From positions 64,001-128,000 of IMG/VR virus record IMGVR_UViG_3300030328_002122: a DNA stretch of 64,000 nt, one strand, 5' to 3'. The notes beneath the pieces were generated by a model that had not been told where the DNA came from, searched no databases, and worked only from the letters and a program-made list of their open reading frames with translations. Positions within the stretch are counted from its first letter, which is position 1, and every line of letters begins with the position of its first letter. This document shows, piece by piece, positions 19,637 to 31,300 of the stretch. This DNA comes from a virus. The translations under genes and the position numbers were made by a program.

Positions 19637-21261
19637 AAAAGTTTTTAGACATTGCAGAAGCTAGAGGGGATACTGCTGTCTTTACTTTTGGTAGATTTAA
19701 TCCACCAACTATAGGACACGAAAAGTTAGTAGATAAAGTTGCATCTGTCGCTAAGAGTAATCCAGGCGCACCTTATTATATCTTTGCATCACATTCAGAA
19801 AACCCAAAGAAAGATCCATTACCATATGTAAAAAAAGTTGCATATATGAAAAAGATGTTCTCAAAACATTCTAGGAATATAACAACAAGTAGAGATAGAA
19901 CTGTATTTGAACTTGCAGTAACACTTTACAATAAAGGACATAAAGCAATTGTGATGGTTGTTGGTTCTGATAGAGTTACAGAGTTCGACACACTATTAAA
20001 CAAATATAATGGTGTTGAAGGTAGACATGGTTACTATGGTTTTGATAATATAGAGGTTGTATCTGCTGGAGAAAGAGATCCAGATGCAGAAGGTGTATCT
20101 GGAATGTCTGCATCAAAGATGAGAGCAGCTGCATCAGCAGATGACTACGATACTTTTAAATTAGGGTTACCTAAGAACTTTAATAATGGAATGTCTTTAT
20201 TTAAAGATGTTCGTAAATTTATGGGTATTCGTGAGTCTTTTGTTGAACACCAAGTTAATATGACAGAGGAAGATGTTATTCGTGATATGTATGTTGAAAA
20301 TAAAATATTCTGTACTGGAGATATTGTAGAAGATGATTATAGTGGCGTATCTGGTACAGTAGTTCGTAGAGGAACAAATTATCTTGTATTTGCAGAAAGT
20401 GATGGTACAACTCATAAGAGATGGTTATATGAAGTAAGAAGAGTAAAACAAGAAGCAAGAGCAAAACAAGCAGTTTCTGGTGGAAAAGTTCAGAAACTTG
20501 TTACTGCACATGGTTTAAAATATAATGGTAAGGTGTATAAAGAAATAGATATGGAACTAAAAGGTATTGACAACAATACTCAAATGGTTACATTTAATAT
20601 TATACATCCCAAAGAAATATTTGGTAATGAAGTTAAAATTGCATTTAAAGTTTTGAGAAGAGGCCCCTTCATGGCAACTGATACTTCAAAGATAAATAAA
20701 GAAGATTTGGATGAAAAAGGAATAAAAAGAGCTTATGATAATATTGTAAAAGATTATTCTGATATGGTAAAAAAAGGAAAGGGTAAACATAGTAACTCTT
20801 TCTATCTGTCAAGAGCTGCAATGAATTATGGAGTTGATACTATCAAACCTATTAGAGATTATATTAACTCTCTTGTTAAATCAGATGAATTACCAAAAGA
20901 TTTATCGGCAGAATACGAAAAATTTGATGAAGAATTAGACGAAAAGATTGAAAGTCTTGTAAATAAATCTAATCAAAATGGTGTTCCATATTCTATACTT
21001 AAAGAAAGTTATGATAGAGGAATGTCTGCATGGAAAAATGGTCACAGGCCAGGTGTAAGTCAACAACAATGGGCGTTTGCAAGAGTCAACTCTATGTTAA
21101 CTGGTGGAAAAGCAGATCCAGATTTACAAAAACAAATTCGTGTTAGTGGATATAAAAAGAAAAAGAAATTAAAGTTAGAAGATTTTAAAGAAAATGTTTC
21201 ATATATAAAAAAGAAAGAAGAAAAAATAATATCTTTTAAAGAACACGTTAGGGGTATTTAA
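19633..21261 (+). CDS. HxGH nucleotidyltransferase (NMNAT/cytidylyltransferase-like) fused to extra C-terminal domains
   Basis: FGRFNPPTIGH, VVGSDR and MSASKMR. Later domains are separated by EDLDE/EELDE; last domain contains RG..AW..GHRPG..QQQWAFARVNS. Confidence 0.75.
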   Translation: MKKFLDIAEARGDTAVFTFGRFNPPTIGHEKLVDKVASVAKSNPGAPYYIFASHSENPKKDPLPYVKKVAYMKKMFSKHSRNITTSRDRTVFELAVTLYNKGHKAIVMVVGSDRVTEFDTLLNKYNGVEGRHGYYGFDNIEVVSAGERDPDAEGVSGMSASKMRAAASADDYDTFKLGLPKNFNNGMSLFKDVRKFMGIRESFVEHQVNMTEEDVIRDMYVENKIFCTGDIVEDDYSGVSGTVVRRGTNYLVFAESDGTTHKRWLYEVRRVKQEARAKQAVSGGKVQKLVTAHGLKYNGKVYKEIDMELKGIDNNTQMVTFNIIHPKEIFGNEVKIAFKVLRRGPFMATDTSKINKEDLDEKGIKRAYDNIVKDYSDMVKKGKGKHSNSFYLSRAAMNYGVDTIKPIRDYINSLVKSDELPKDLSAEYEKFDEELDEKIESLVNKSNQNGVPYSILKESYDRGMSAWKNGHRPGVSQQQWAFARVNSMLTGGKADPDLQKQIRVSGYKKKKKLKLEDFKENVSYIKKKEEKIISFKEHVRGI

Positions 21262-24141
21262 ATGGGAAAAGCAAGGAATAGAGCTGAACGTACTGGAAGT
21301 ATGGATGTTGTCATTGGTACTACTAAGTTAGTAACTAATTCTGGTGATATAGAAGTAAAAGATACCAGTAATAATAGAAAGAAAATTATTGCGTCAGAAA
21401 TCAAACTTGGTACTGGTAATGATATTGTTATTATTAAAAGAAATTCAAGTACAGGACAAGCTCAATTTCAATCATCATCTGATGGTGGAAGTAGTACAAG
21501 TGAACAAACTGTGGGCGGTGCTAGTACTGTAACTAATGCATCTGATTTGCCTATTACTGGAAATCAAGCTGGTGATTTGAAACTTGTTACTTCAACCAAT
21601 AATTTGATGATTCACAATGGTACTGGTTGGTATAAAATAGCAACAATTACAAACGCATCACCTACGATATCTTCTGCTGGAAGTGCTGCATATAATTTTG
21701 CAACAAATGGAACAGCAGTTTCTATAGAAATTGTTGCAACAGATCCAGAGGGTGCTGCTTTACAATATAAGTATCAAGTCACAACTGGATCATTAGGTTC
21801 AACTGCAGCTGTAACAAATAGTGCAACATCTGGTGGTACTTACTCTGCGCTTGCAGCTAATACTTATAGTAATAATAGATTCTTTAAAGTTACGCCTAGT
21901 ACAAATACTGCTCATGCTGGTACATTTGCAATCACATTTTCTGTAACTGATGGTATCAATACTGCGAACTCTAGTGCATCTTCATTTACTTTGGCATTTG
22001 AAACTTTTGGATCTACTGCTTTGGATTTAAACGCAGGCCCTACTTCGGCTGGTGATGCTCATTTAGAAGTTGCAGCCCATTCTGATTTTACTTTAGGTAC
22101 TAATAATTTTACAATTGAGGGTTGGTTTTTTTCTCAAGGGCCTGCTCCATCACAGGATTATCCATCTGCTAGGGTGGGATATAGAAACTCTGTTGGATAT
22201 TCTCCTCACCTTTTTGATTTTAGAAACGTAAGTGGGAATAATAAAAGAGCGCCTATGGTATGGATAGGTGGAACTGGTGGAAACAACGCTCAAGCGGGTA
22301 ATTTAACATTTCGATATCATGTTACTGGCTCTGATCGTATTACAAGCTCCCGCCAGTTTCCAGAAATAGAAAATCAATGGTTTCATTTTGCTATCGTCAG
22401 AAATTCTTCAACAACAACTATGTATATTAATGGTACATCTGAAGGTACATGGTCGGACAGTACAAATTATGATGAAATAGATAAGTTGTGGATAGGTAGA
22501 AAACATACTAATGGAAGTCATAACTTTACTGGATGGGTTTCAAATTTTAGAATAGTTAATGGTACTGCTGTATATACTGCTAACTTTACGCCTCCAACTG
22601 CACCTCTTACTGCCATTGCAAATACAAAGTTATTAATTTGTACAAAAAATAATGCAGTAGACGATATAGGCCCTACTGGTCATACAGTAACAAAATCTGG
22701 TACTGCTACTCATTCTACTTTTAATCCATACCCTTGGGCTACTACTGGTTGGGGTTCAGTATTTTTCGATAAAAACAATGATAGGATTAAATATATAAAA
22801 GGTGGTGGAAATGCAGTAACAGGTATGACCGCTCTTACAGACCTTACAGTAGAAGCTTGGGTCTATCATTTTGCTGGACATAGTGATGATAGTACAGATC
22901 CAACTACTGAAGAAATATATGTGCATTTTACTGATAACCTTTCTAGTGGTGTACAAATGTCATTTGGTAGAAAAAGAACTGAAAGTACTACTTGTCCAAT
23001 ATTTACTAGTACGTCTGGTCATCCTTATCAAAATCAAGTTTATACAGCTAACGCAGCCCATGATGTAAATCGTGGTGGGTGGTATCATGTTGCTTTTGTA
23101 AAAGATGGTACTAACCTAAGAATGTATAAAAATGGCACTAATGTAGCTGGGAATAATCAAACTTCTGCTACTAATCTTCCTTCATCATTTAGAGTAGGTG
23201 AAATTTATATTGGTGCAGATTCTGGTAATGGTTATGATATGTTAGGATATATGTCTAATCTTAGAATTTCTAATAGTGCAAGATATAGTGCCGATTTTAC
23301 TCCATCAACAACACCACTTACTAGTGATTCAAATACAGTATTGTTGACTTGTCAAAGGGCTGCACCACAAAAGCTTACAAATGGAGCAACAACTTTTAGT
23401 GGAACTAATACTAAATTAACTACAGCGGCTAGTAGTGACTTCACACTTGGAACTGGAGATTTTACAGCAGAAGGTTGGTTTAATTGGCCTTCTCTCCCAG
23501 GCAGTGGAAAGTATATTGTCGATATTGGTAGTAATGGTTGTGTTTTGCAATTTCAAAGTAATACTCAAATAGGTTTTTGGAATGGTACTGATGGTTATGT
23601 ACAAGGATCATATACTTTTGTAGTCGATACTTGGTATCATATTGCTTGGACAAGAGCATCTGGAACAGGAAAATGTTATGTTAATGGCACTCAAGTAGTT
23701 TCTGGTACTTTAAATAAAGATGTAACTACTAATACATTAACAATGAATGGTTATGGTGGTGGTGGATCTTATGGTCAAGGTGGGGTAAAATGGAGTGATT
23801 TCAGACTTGTAAAAGGTAAAGCAGTTTATACTGGTGCGTTTTCACCGCCTACTGGCCCATTAACAAAAACTGGTGGAACTTATCCTAATAGTACAAACCG
23901 AAGTGATCCTTCAGCTTCACAAACTGTACTTTTAACTCATCAAGCATCATCTGGATCAACTGCAACAGATAATAGCGATAGTGGTCATACAATCTCAAAT
24001 GGTGCTGCTTTTGGTGGTAGTATATCATTAGGTGCTGGAAATCAAAATATTGCAACAGATCAAGGTGCAAATAGTTTAGGTCTAGTAGTAGAAGGTGATG
24101 TACGTAATGCTAGATATTGGCCATTTACTTATAATGGATAA
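21262..24141 (+). CDS. LamG/concanavalin-A repeat fibre or adhesin 1
   Basis: Repeated FTIEGW...W.H.A.VR...Y.NG...SNFRIV.G.AVYT..FTPP modules; Ser/Thr/Gly-rich. Confidence 0.8.
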   Translation: MGKARNRAERTGSMDVVIGTTKLVTNSGDIEVKDTSNNRKKIIASEIKLGTGNDIVIIKRNSSTGQAQFQSSSDGGSSTSEQTVGGASTVTNASDLPITGNQAGDLKLVTSTNNLMIHNGTGWYKIATITNASPTISSAGSAAYNFATNGTAVSIEIVATDPEGAALQYKYQVTTGSLGSTAAVTNSATSGGTYSALAANTYSNNRFFKVTPSTNTAHAGTFAITFSVTDGINTANSSASSFTLAFETFGSTALDLNAGPTSAGDAHLEVAAHSDFTLGTNNFTIEGWFFSQGPAPSQDYPSARVGYRNSVGYSPHLFDFRNVSGNNKRAPMVWIGGTGGNNAQAGNLTFRYHVTGSDRITSSRQFPEIENQWFHFAIVRNSSTTTMYINGTSEGTWSDSTNYDEIDKLWIGRKHTNGSHNFTGWVSNFRIVNGTAVYTANFTPPTAPLTAIANTKLLICTKNNAVDDIGPTGHTVTKSGTATHSTFNPYPWATTGWGSVFFDKNNDRIKYIKGGGNAVTGMTALTDLTVEAWVYHFAGHSDDSTDPTTEEIYVHFTDNLSSGVQMSFGRKRTESTTCPIFTSTSGHPYQNQVYTANAAHDVNRGGWYHVAFVKDGTNLRMYKNGTNVAGNNQTSATNLPSSFRVGEIYIGADSGNGYDMLGYMSNLRISNSARYSADFTPSTTPLTSDSNTVLLTCQRAAPQKLTNGATTFSGTNTKLTTAASSDFTLGTGDFTAEGWFNWPSLPGSGKYIVDIGSNGCVLQFQSNTQIGFWNGTDGYVQGSYTFVVDTWYHIAWTRASGTGKCYVNGTQVVSGTLNKDVTTNTLTMNGYGGGGSYGQGGVKWSDFRLVKGKAVYTGAFSPPTGPLTKTGGTYPNSTNRSDPSASQTVLLTHQASSGSTATDNSDSGHTISNGAAFGGSISLGAGNQNIATDQGANSLGLVVEGDVRNARYWPFTYNG

Positions 24142-24173
24142 TTCATTCTAAAAATTCTAAAGGAACACGATAA

Positions 24174-27100
24174 ATGAGTATAGCAAGAGATAGAGCAAAT
24201 AGAAGTGGATCAGATCCTTTACAGATTGATAATACAAAATTAGTTACAGATTCTGGTGATTTAAAGGTTCAAGATGTAAGTGGTAATGAAAAAAAACTTA
24301 TAGCATCAGAAATTCATGTAGGAACTGGTGCAGATAAAGTCATATTAAAGAGAGATTCCTCTACAGGTAAAGTTGCAATTCAGACACAAGCATCTGGAGA
24401 AGCTGCAGAAGGTGGTACTGTTGCAAGTACAACTGTTTATGCAACTACAGCTCTTTTACCAACAAATCCAACTGATGGTCAACAAGCTCTAGTTACTGCA
24501 AATAATTTCATGTTTATTGCAAAATCTAATGGATGGTATAAAATAGCAGAAATTACTAATACTGCTCCTACTATTTCGTCAGCTGGTAATGCATCTTATC
24601 AGTTTTTAACTGATGGAACTCCAGTTTCTATAGAAATTACTGCTACAGACTCAGAAGTTGGTAGTGCGTTACAGTACAAATATGTAGTAAGTTCTGGATC
24701 AATAGGTTCAACTGCAGCTATTACTTCAAGTGCAACATCTGGTGGAACTTATAGTGCATTAGCCGCCAATACATTGACTACAAACAAATTTTTTAAAGTG
24801 ACGCCCAGTACAACTGATGCTCACGCTGGTACTTTTAGTTTAACCTTCTCAGCATCTGATGGTGTTGCAGTTGCAACTTCTAGTGCATCTGAATTTACTT
24901 TACAGTTTGATGTGCCTGGATCATATAAAGTTGGGCCTTATAATGCTGATACAGACTATTATAGTTTTCCTGCTAGTTCAGATTTTAATTTTGGATCAAA
25001 TAATTTTACTATAGAAGCATGGGTATGGCCTGATGGAGCTGCAGCTGATAAAAGAGGATCTTGGATAGAATGGGGGCCAGATGATAGTAATAATGTATTA
25101 AGAATATTTCAAGGATCTTCAACACAAAGTGCTTCTAATACAGATAATGATTTAGAAGCAATATATATAGTGGGTGGAACAGATAAATTTGAAATTGTTG
25201 CTCAAGATGGACTAAAACCAAATGCTTGGAATCATATTGCTCTACAAAGAGTAAGTAATACCATACATCTTTTTGTTGATGGTAGTGAAGTAGGTTCTGC
25301 TTCTTATAGTGGTACAGTTGATCTTTCATCATGGGTTGGATATCTTGGTATGGATAAGTATGGTACTGATAGAACAGCAACTGGTTATATATCAAATGTT
25401 AGAGTTGTAAATGGAAGTTCGGCTTATAGTGTAACTGCAGCTCCTCATAGTGGATCAATTCTTCTTAGTGGTGGTGCTGTTACTACAAGTACAAGTACTG
25501 ATTTTACAATGGGTACAGGAGATTGGACAATAGAATTATGGTTCAAATATGGAAGTTCTAGTTTATCTGGAAATAATTATCTTCTTGACTTAGGTTCTAA
25601 TGGTTTAAGATTTACTTTTACCAGTGGCTCTATTTTCGCCACATTAAATCATGGAGCTGGAGATACTATTGACTATGATATGGTAGATGATTTAGGTAGT
25701 TTAGATACAAGTAAATGGTATCATCTAGCTTTTACTAGAAGTGGTACAACCCTTAAACTTTATTTGGACGGCGTACTAAAAGGTACTGATACTGGTATCA
25801 GTAGTAATCACGCAACTAATACTTTTACACTTGGTGGTTATGGTGGTGGTGGTTATAATTGGCAAGGTGGTGTATGTGATCTTAGAATTGTAAAAGGTAA
25901 AGCAGTTTATACAGGCGCTTTTACACCACCAAGTGGCCCACTTACAAAAACTGGTGGAACTTATCCTAGTAATGTTAATATAAGTAATCCTTCTGCAAGT
26001 CAAACAATTATGTTACTTGGTAATAATGCAAGTAGTGTTACAGATACAAGTGATACTCCTCATACCATGAGTCATGGTGGTTCAGTTTCTGCTAGTTCAG
26101 CCGTACCAATTGCAGCCAGTATAACTAAACCAACATCTGGTTTAACTGCTGTAACAAATACAAAACTTTTAACTATGAAAGGGGCAGAACCATCAAAAGT
26201 AACAAATGGTGGAACAACTCTTGCATCTCAAGGTAGTAGTGAATTGAATGTAACATCTACTCATATCCCTGCTTGGGGTACTACTTGGACATTAGAAACA
26301 TGGGCTTATTTTACTTCTGGTGGTTCTTATAGAAATATATTTCATGGCGGCGCTGTTGGTAGTGCTTGGTATATGGCAAGAGTTGGTGCAGCTATTCAAC
26401 CATATAATATGGGTTTTAATTACTCCAATATGGGATCAACAAGTGTAAATCAATGGCATCATATTGCTGCGACTTGTAATAATGGTAGTTTTGTTTTATA
26501 TATTGACGGCGTTTCAGCTGGTACTGCGACAGCAAGTGCCAGTGGTACTAACCCACTAGGTGTTGGTAGTAGTCAAGATATACGTTTGTTTACTAATAGT
26601 GTCGATAGTCAAGACATGACAGGAACATTATCCGACTCAAGAGTTGTCGTTGGAACTTGTGTATATACAGGCGCTTTTACACCACCAAGTGGCCCACTTA
26701 CAAGAACTGGTGGAACTTATCCTAGTAATACAAATGTAAATACAAGTATTCCTTCAGCTCATACTTATTTGTTAACAAATCAAACTTCTTCTGGATTAGT
26801 AACAGACAATTCTCAATACAATGCGACTATGTATCAACTTGGTGTAACTACAGGTGCTGGATATGAGAAATTACTAGATGTAAATTCACAAGTAACAGCA
26901 AAAGTTTTAACTAAATATGGTGATGCCAAACATGATTATGCTACTCCATTTGCACAAGGTTCTGGTGGATCGGCATTTTTTGGAACTTATCTTGGCGCCA
27001 ATAATGCTAATATTGGTACTCTTATTCCAACTGCAAATAGTGATTTCACTTTGGGTACTGGTGATTATTGTGTAGATGGTTGGTTTAAAAATACATTTCC

Positions 27101-28325
27101 TGTAAATACAGGTATCACTCACAATGAAAGACTTTTTGATATTGGTAATAATGGTTGTAGAATATTTTTTAAAAATGGACTAATAAAAGCACAAACTGAT
27201 CAAAGTGTTCAAATGACTTACACACCTGGCACTACTGACGCTGTCTTTCCTACAAATGAATGGCATCATTATGCTCTACAAAGATCAAGTGGTACTACAA
27301 AATTTTTTCTTGATGGTAAAGAAAAGACTAGTATTTCTGATACTGCAAATCACACATCTAATACTTGTAAGATTGGTGGTTATGGTGCTGATGATACTAA
27401 TGATAAGAAATTTCTTGGTTATATGTCTGATTTTAGAATTGTTAAGGGTGCAACTGCTCATACTGTAACATCTGCGGCCTCATATGGGGGCGGTTCTATT
27501 ACTTTTGATGGAACTGGTGACTATGTAACTGGTGTGGTAACAGCAGCAGGAACTAGTGATTTTACTTTAGAATGTTGGTTCAATTTTGATGCTACAGGAC
27601 ATAAAGGTATTATGCATATAGGAAATAATGCATGGAGTGGTTCTAATAGTGCTGGTATTGGTATGGCAATAAAACCATCAATAAGTGGTTATCAAATATA
27701 TGCAAATGATACTTACACAAATACTAGTAATCAAGGTGTTATACCAGCTACTGGCAGTTGGCATCATGGTGCTATGGTCAGAATAGGTCAAACTACAAGA
27801 TTATATATTGATGGTATAGAAACTATATCTGTAGCAGATCCTAAAAATTATACATCAACACACATTATGATTGGTGGATTTTATAGTACATCTCAAGTAA
27901 TGGATGGAAAAATTTCAGACGTAAGATATGTTGTCGGAACAGGAGTTTATAGTGGCAACTTTTCCCCACCAGCTGGAAGATTGACATTAACTGGTGGAAC
28001 TTATTTGGATACAACAAATGTCAATACATCAATACCTTCTGGTCATACTAAACTTTTAACTGCAAATGAAGCAACTGGAGCTCCAAATGATGATAGTGCA
28101 TCAAGTGTATCTTTAACTGCTAATGGTGATGCAGCTGCAAATGCCGCAACACCTTTTGTTGATACAATACCATTACCAACATCAAAATCTACTGCAATAA
28201 CAGGTACAGTATTATTAACTTGTCAACAAAGTACAGGCGATTTTACTGATGCAAGTTCAAGTAATCATACAATATCGCAAGGTGCTACTGGTACAGTATT
28301 AGCAAAAAGACACCAACCATATTAG
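24174..28325 (+). CDS. LamG/concanavalin-A repeat fibre or adhesin 2
   Basis: About five LamG modules; N-terminus paralogous to fibres 1 and 3. Confidence 0.8.
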   Translation: MSIARDRANRSGSDPLQIDNTKLVTDSGDLKVQDVSGNEKKLIASEIHVGTGADKVILKRDSSTGKVAIQTQASGEAAEGGTVASTTVYATTALLPTNPTDGQQALVTANNFMFIAKSNGWYKIAEITNTAPTISSAGNASYQFLTDGTPVSIEITATDSEVGSALQYKYVVSSGSIGSTAAITSSATSGGTYSALAANTLTTNKFFKVTPSTTDAHAGTFSLTFSASDGVAVATSSASEFTLQFDVPGSYKVGPYNADTDYYSFPASSDFNFGSNNFTIEAWVWPDGAAADKRGSWIEWGPDDSNNVLRIFQGSSTQSASNTDNDLEAIYIVGGTDKFEIVAQDGLKPNAWNHIALQRVSNTIHLFVDGSEVGSASYSGTVDLSSWVGYLGMDKYGTDRTATGYISNVRVVNGSSAYSVTAAPHSGSILLSGGAVTTSTSTDFTMGTGDWTIELWFKYGSSSLSGNNYLLDLGSNGLRFTFTSGSIFATLNHGAGDTIDYDMVDDLGSLDTSKWYHLAFTRSGTTLKLYLDGVLKGTDTGISSNHATNTFTLGGYGGGGYNWQGGVCDLRIVKGKAVYTGAFTPPSGPLTKTGGTYPSNVNISNPSASQTIMLLGNNASSVTDTSDTPHTMSHGGSVSASSAVPIAASITKPTSGLTAVTNTKLLTMKGAEPSKVTNGGTTLASQGSSELNVTSTHIPAWGTTWTLETWAYFTSGGSYRNIFHGGAVGSAWYMARVGAAIQPYNMGFNYSNMGSTSVNQWHHIAATCNNGSFVLYIDGVSAGTATASASGTNPLGVGSSQDIRLFTNSVDSQDMTGTLSDSRVVVGTCVYTGAFTPPSGPLTRTGGTYPSNTNVNTSIPSAHTYLLTNQTSSGLVTDNSQYNATMYQLGVTTGAGYEKLLDVNSQVTAKVLTKYGDAKHDYATPFAQGSGGSAFFGTYLGANNANIGTLIPTANSDFTLGTGDYCVDGWFKNTFPVNTGITHNERLFDIGNNGCRIFFKNGLIKAQTDQSVQMTYTPGTTDAVFPTNEWHHYALQRSSGTTKFFLDGKEKTSISDTANHTSNTCKIGGYGADDTNDKKFLGYMSDFRIVKGATAHTVTSAASYGGGSITFDGTGDYVTGVVTAAGTSDFTLECWFNFDATGHKGIMHIGNNAWSGSNSAGIGMAIKPSISGYQIYANDTYTNTSNQGVIPATGSWHHGAMVRIGQTTRLYIDGIETISVADPKNYTSTHIMIGGFYSTSQVMDGKISDVRYVVGTGVYSGNFSPPAGRLTLTGGTYLDTTNVNTSIPSGHTKLLTANEATGAPNDDSASSVSLTANGDAAANAATPFVDTIPLPTSKSTAITGTVLLTCQQSTGDFTDASSSNHTISQGATGTVLAKRHQPY
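25908..26729 (+). repeat. 66-bp near-identical direct repeat (25908-25973 and 26664-26729, one mismatch)
   Basis: tatacaggcgcttttacaccaccaagtggcccacttacaa(a/g)aactggtggaacttatcctagtaat. Related copies near 23830-23890 and 30900-30950. Confidence 0.85.
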
Positions 28326-28330
28326 GATAG

Positions 28331-28338
28331 TATAAATA
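28331..28338 (+). promoter_or_regulatory. T4 late promoter
   Basis: TATAAATA upstream of fibre 3. Confidence 0.8.
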
Positions 28339-28355
28339 CTTAAAAAGGAATAACT

Positions 28356-31300
28356 ATGGGAAAATCAAGAGATAGAGCTAATCGTTCTGGAAGTGATCCA
28401 GTAAATATCGGCACAACAAGGTTGGCTGTTGATTCTGGTAATGTAAAAGTCACTGCTCAAGATGGTACAACATTTAAAAAGATTTTTGCAGAAGAAGTGC
28501 AAGTAGGGGTTGGTAATAATAGAGTTATACTTAAAAGAGGTTCAGATGGAAAAGCTGAGTTTCAATCTACAGCTGATGGTGGTGGTTCAACAACAAATTT
28601 AACAGTAGGTGGTTCTAGTACTGTAACTAATCCTTCCGATTTACCCATTACTGGAAATCAAGCTGGTGATACAATATTGGTAACATCAAATAATAATTTG
28701 ATGATCTACAATGGTTCTGGTTGGTACAAAATAGCTACCATAACTAATGCAACACCTACAATATCATCAGCTGGAAATGCGAGTTATACTTTTGCTACAG
28801 ATGGTACTCCAGTAAGTATCGAAATTACAGCATCTGATCCAGAGGGTGTTGCATTACAATATAAGTATCAAGTCACAACTGGTTCTCTTGGAAGTACAGC
28901 TGCTGTAACAAATAGTGCAACATCTGGTGGAACTTATAGTGCATTAGCCGCCAATACCTATAGTAATAATAGATTTTTTAAAGTGACGCCCAGCACAAAT
29001 AGTGCTCATGCTGGTGCATTCGCAATCACATTTTCTGTAACTGATGGTGTTAATACTGCTAATTCAAGTGCATCTTCATTTACTTTGGCATTTGAGGTTT
29101 CTGGTTCATTGAGATTTGATGGTACTGGAGATTATATAACTGTTCCAAGTTCTACTAATCTCCAATTAGGATCATCAAACTTTACAGTAGAATTTTGGTT
29201 GTATTTACCTGTAGCAATTGCTAGTAATTATCAAATTTATATTGGAAAAGGGCATAATGCTGATAGCAGTAGAGAATGGTATTTAGAGGGTATGTCTGAT
29301 GGAAAAATTGATTTATTTTGGTCAACTAATGGCGGTGGTTGGAGTAGTGCTGAAGTAACTGGAGTTTTACCTATAAGGACATGGCATCATATCGTTATGC
29401 AAAGAACAGGAAGTACTTTAAAGGTATATACAAACGGCAACGAATCATATGTTAATAGTTCTTTTCCAACTATTCATTCGGGCAGTCAAATATTAAACAT
29501 TGGCGGGTTCAATGATGGAAGTGGACTATATTCAAATAGTTTTATGTCAAATGTAAGACTTATAAAAGGTTCTAATGCTTATACTACAACTGGTGGATCT
29601 ATTAATCTTACTCCATCAAATGCAAATGTTTCTCTTGCCACAGATGCTGATTATTTGATAGGTAGTAGTGAAGATTTTACAATTGAAGCTTGGGTTTATA
29701 CACCTTCAAGTTTTGCATTAAATAATGCTAAGTGGAGAACAGTTTATTTTTGTGGTACTAATGGTGCATTACAAATTGCATATGATACAGCTGGAAAACC
29801 TGTTTTTTATTCTGGAGGCAATATTATTCTTGCTACTACTGCTTCAACGGCATCAACTTGGGAACATATAGCTTTTACTAGAACTGGTTCTTCTATGGTA
29901 TTTTATCGAAATGGTGTCGCTGATGGTACAGCTACAAATAATGCAGCACATGGTGCAAATACTAATGCACATTATATTGGTGCTTATAGTGGAACTGAAG
30001 GTGGTCTTGGTGGTTATATATCTAATTTTAGATTTGTTGTAGGTACAGGTGTATATACTGGTGCTTTTACTCCACCTCATGCTTTAACAACTAGTGGTGG
30101 AACTTATGCTTCTACTGCAAACGTAAATACATCATTTACAGCTTCACATACTATGATATTAACTGGACAAAGTTCATCTTCAGTAACAGACGCAAGCCAG
30201 AAAAATGAAACTTTAACACTAGGAAGCAGTGCAGCTGCAGCTGCAAATAGTCCATTTATTACAGTACCAACTGAACCAATAAGTGCTATATCAAATACTA
30301 TGTTATTAGTAGGAACTGAAAAAGAATCAGTTGCTGTTACAGATGGTGCATATAGTTTTGATGCAGTTACATCAAGATTAAAAACTCCAGATTCTTCAAG
30401 TGGTGCTTATAATCTTCCTGCTGATACACCAATGACACTTGAAATGTGGTATTATATGAGAGCCACTCCAGCTAATTCTGTATATCTTTGGTCATTACAC
30501 GATTATCAAGTTCATATGACTTATTATAGTAGTTATAGTAGTCACAATCAACCTCATATGCAACTTTATCTTGGTAAAGGTGGTTCTACTAGATTGTATG
30601 GTAATGGAAATACAGGCACTTCTCTTAATACTTGGTATCATGTTGCTGTAACTAGAAATTCGAGCAATGTTTGGAATATGTATATTGATGGCGTAAAACA
30701 AACACTTGGTGCTGGTGGTGGAGCTGGTGGTTCACAAATAACTAATAATAGTGGTTGGACAGGAGCATCTGAAGCTGCAAGAATAGGAATAAATTGTTAT
30801 CCAGTAGTTTCTAGTGCTTCTTGGGCTGTAAATTCTGGTATGAATGGAGCTCTTTCAGATATAAGATGGGTCGTAGGAACTTGTGTTTATTCTGATAGTT
30901 TTACTCCACCTTCAGGCCCATTAACAAAAACTGGTGGAACTTATCCATCAAATACAAATATCAATACATCTATAACATCTTCTCACACTAAAATGTTAAC
31001 TGCACAGAGTAGTGGTGTTGCTGGTGGTTTAGAATTTACTGGTAGTGGTGAAACTACTACTGCAAGTCATGCTGGTTTTGATTTTGGATCTAATGATTTT
31101 ACTGTAGAATTTTGGTACAAATGGAAAGATAATAGTGGGTATCAAACTCTCATAGATCAATATTATCATGTGGGGGCTCGTCATTTTTTACTTCAAGCTA
31201 ATACTAGTACAACTAAATGGGGAGTATTTATAAATCAGACTCATATTGGAAGTGCTTATGAATCATCAGATGCTACTATAGGTATATGGCATCATTATGC

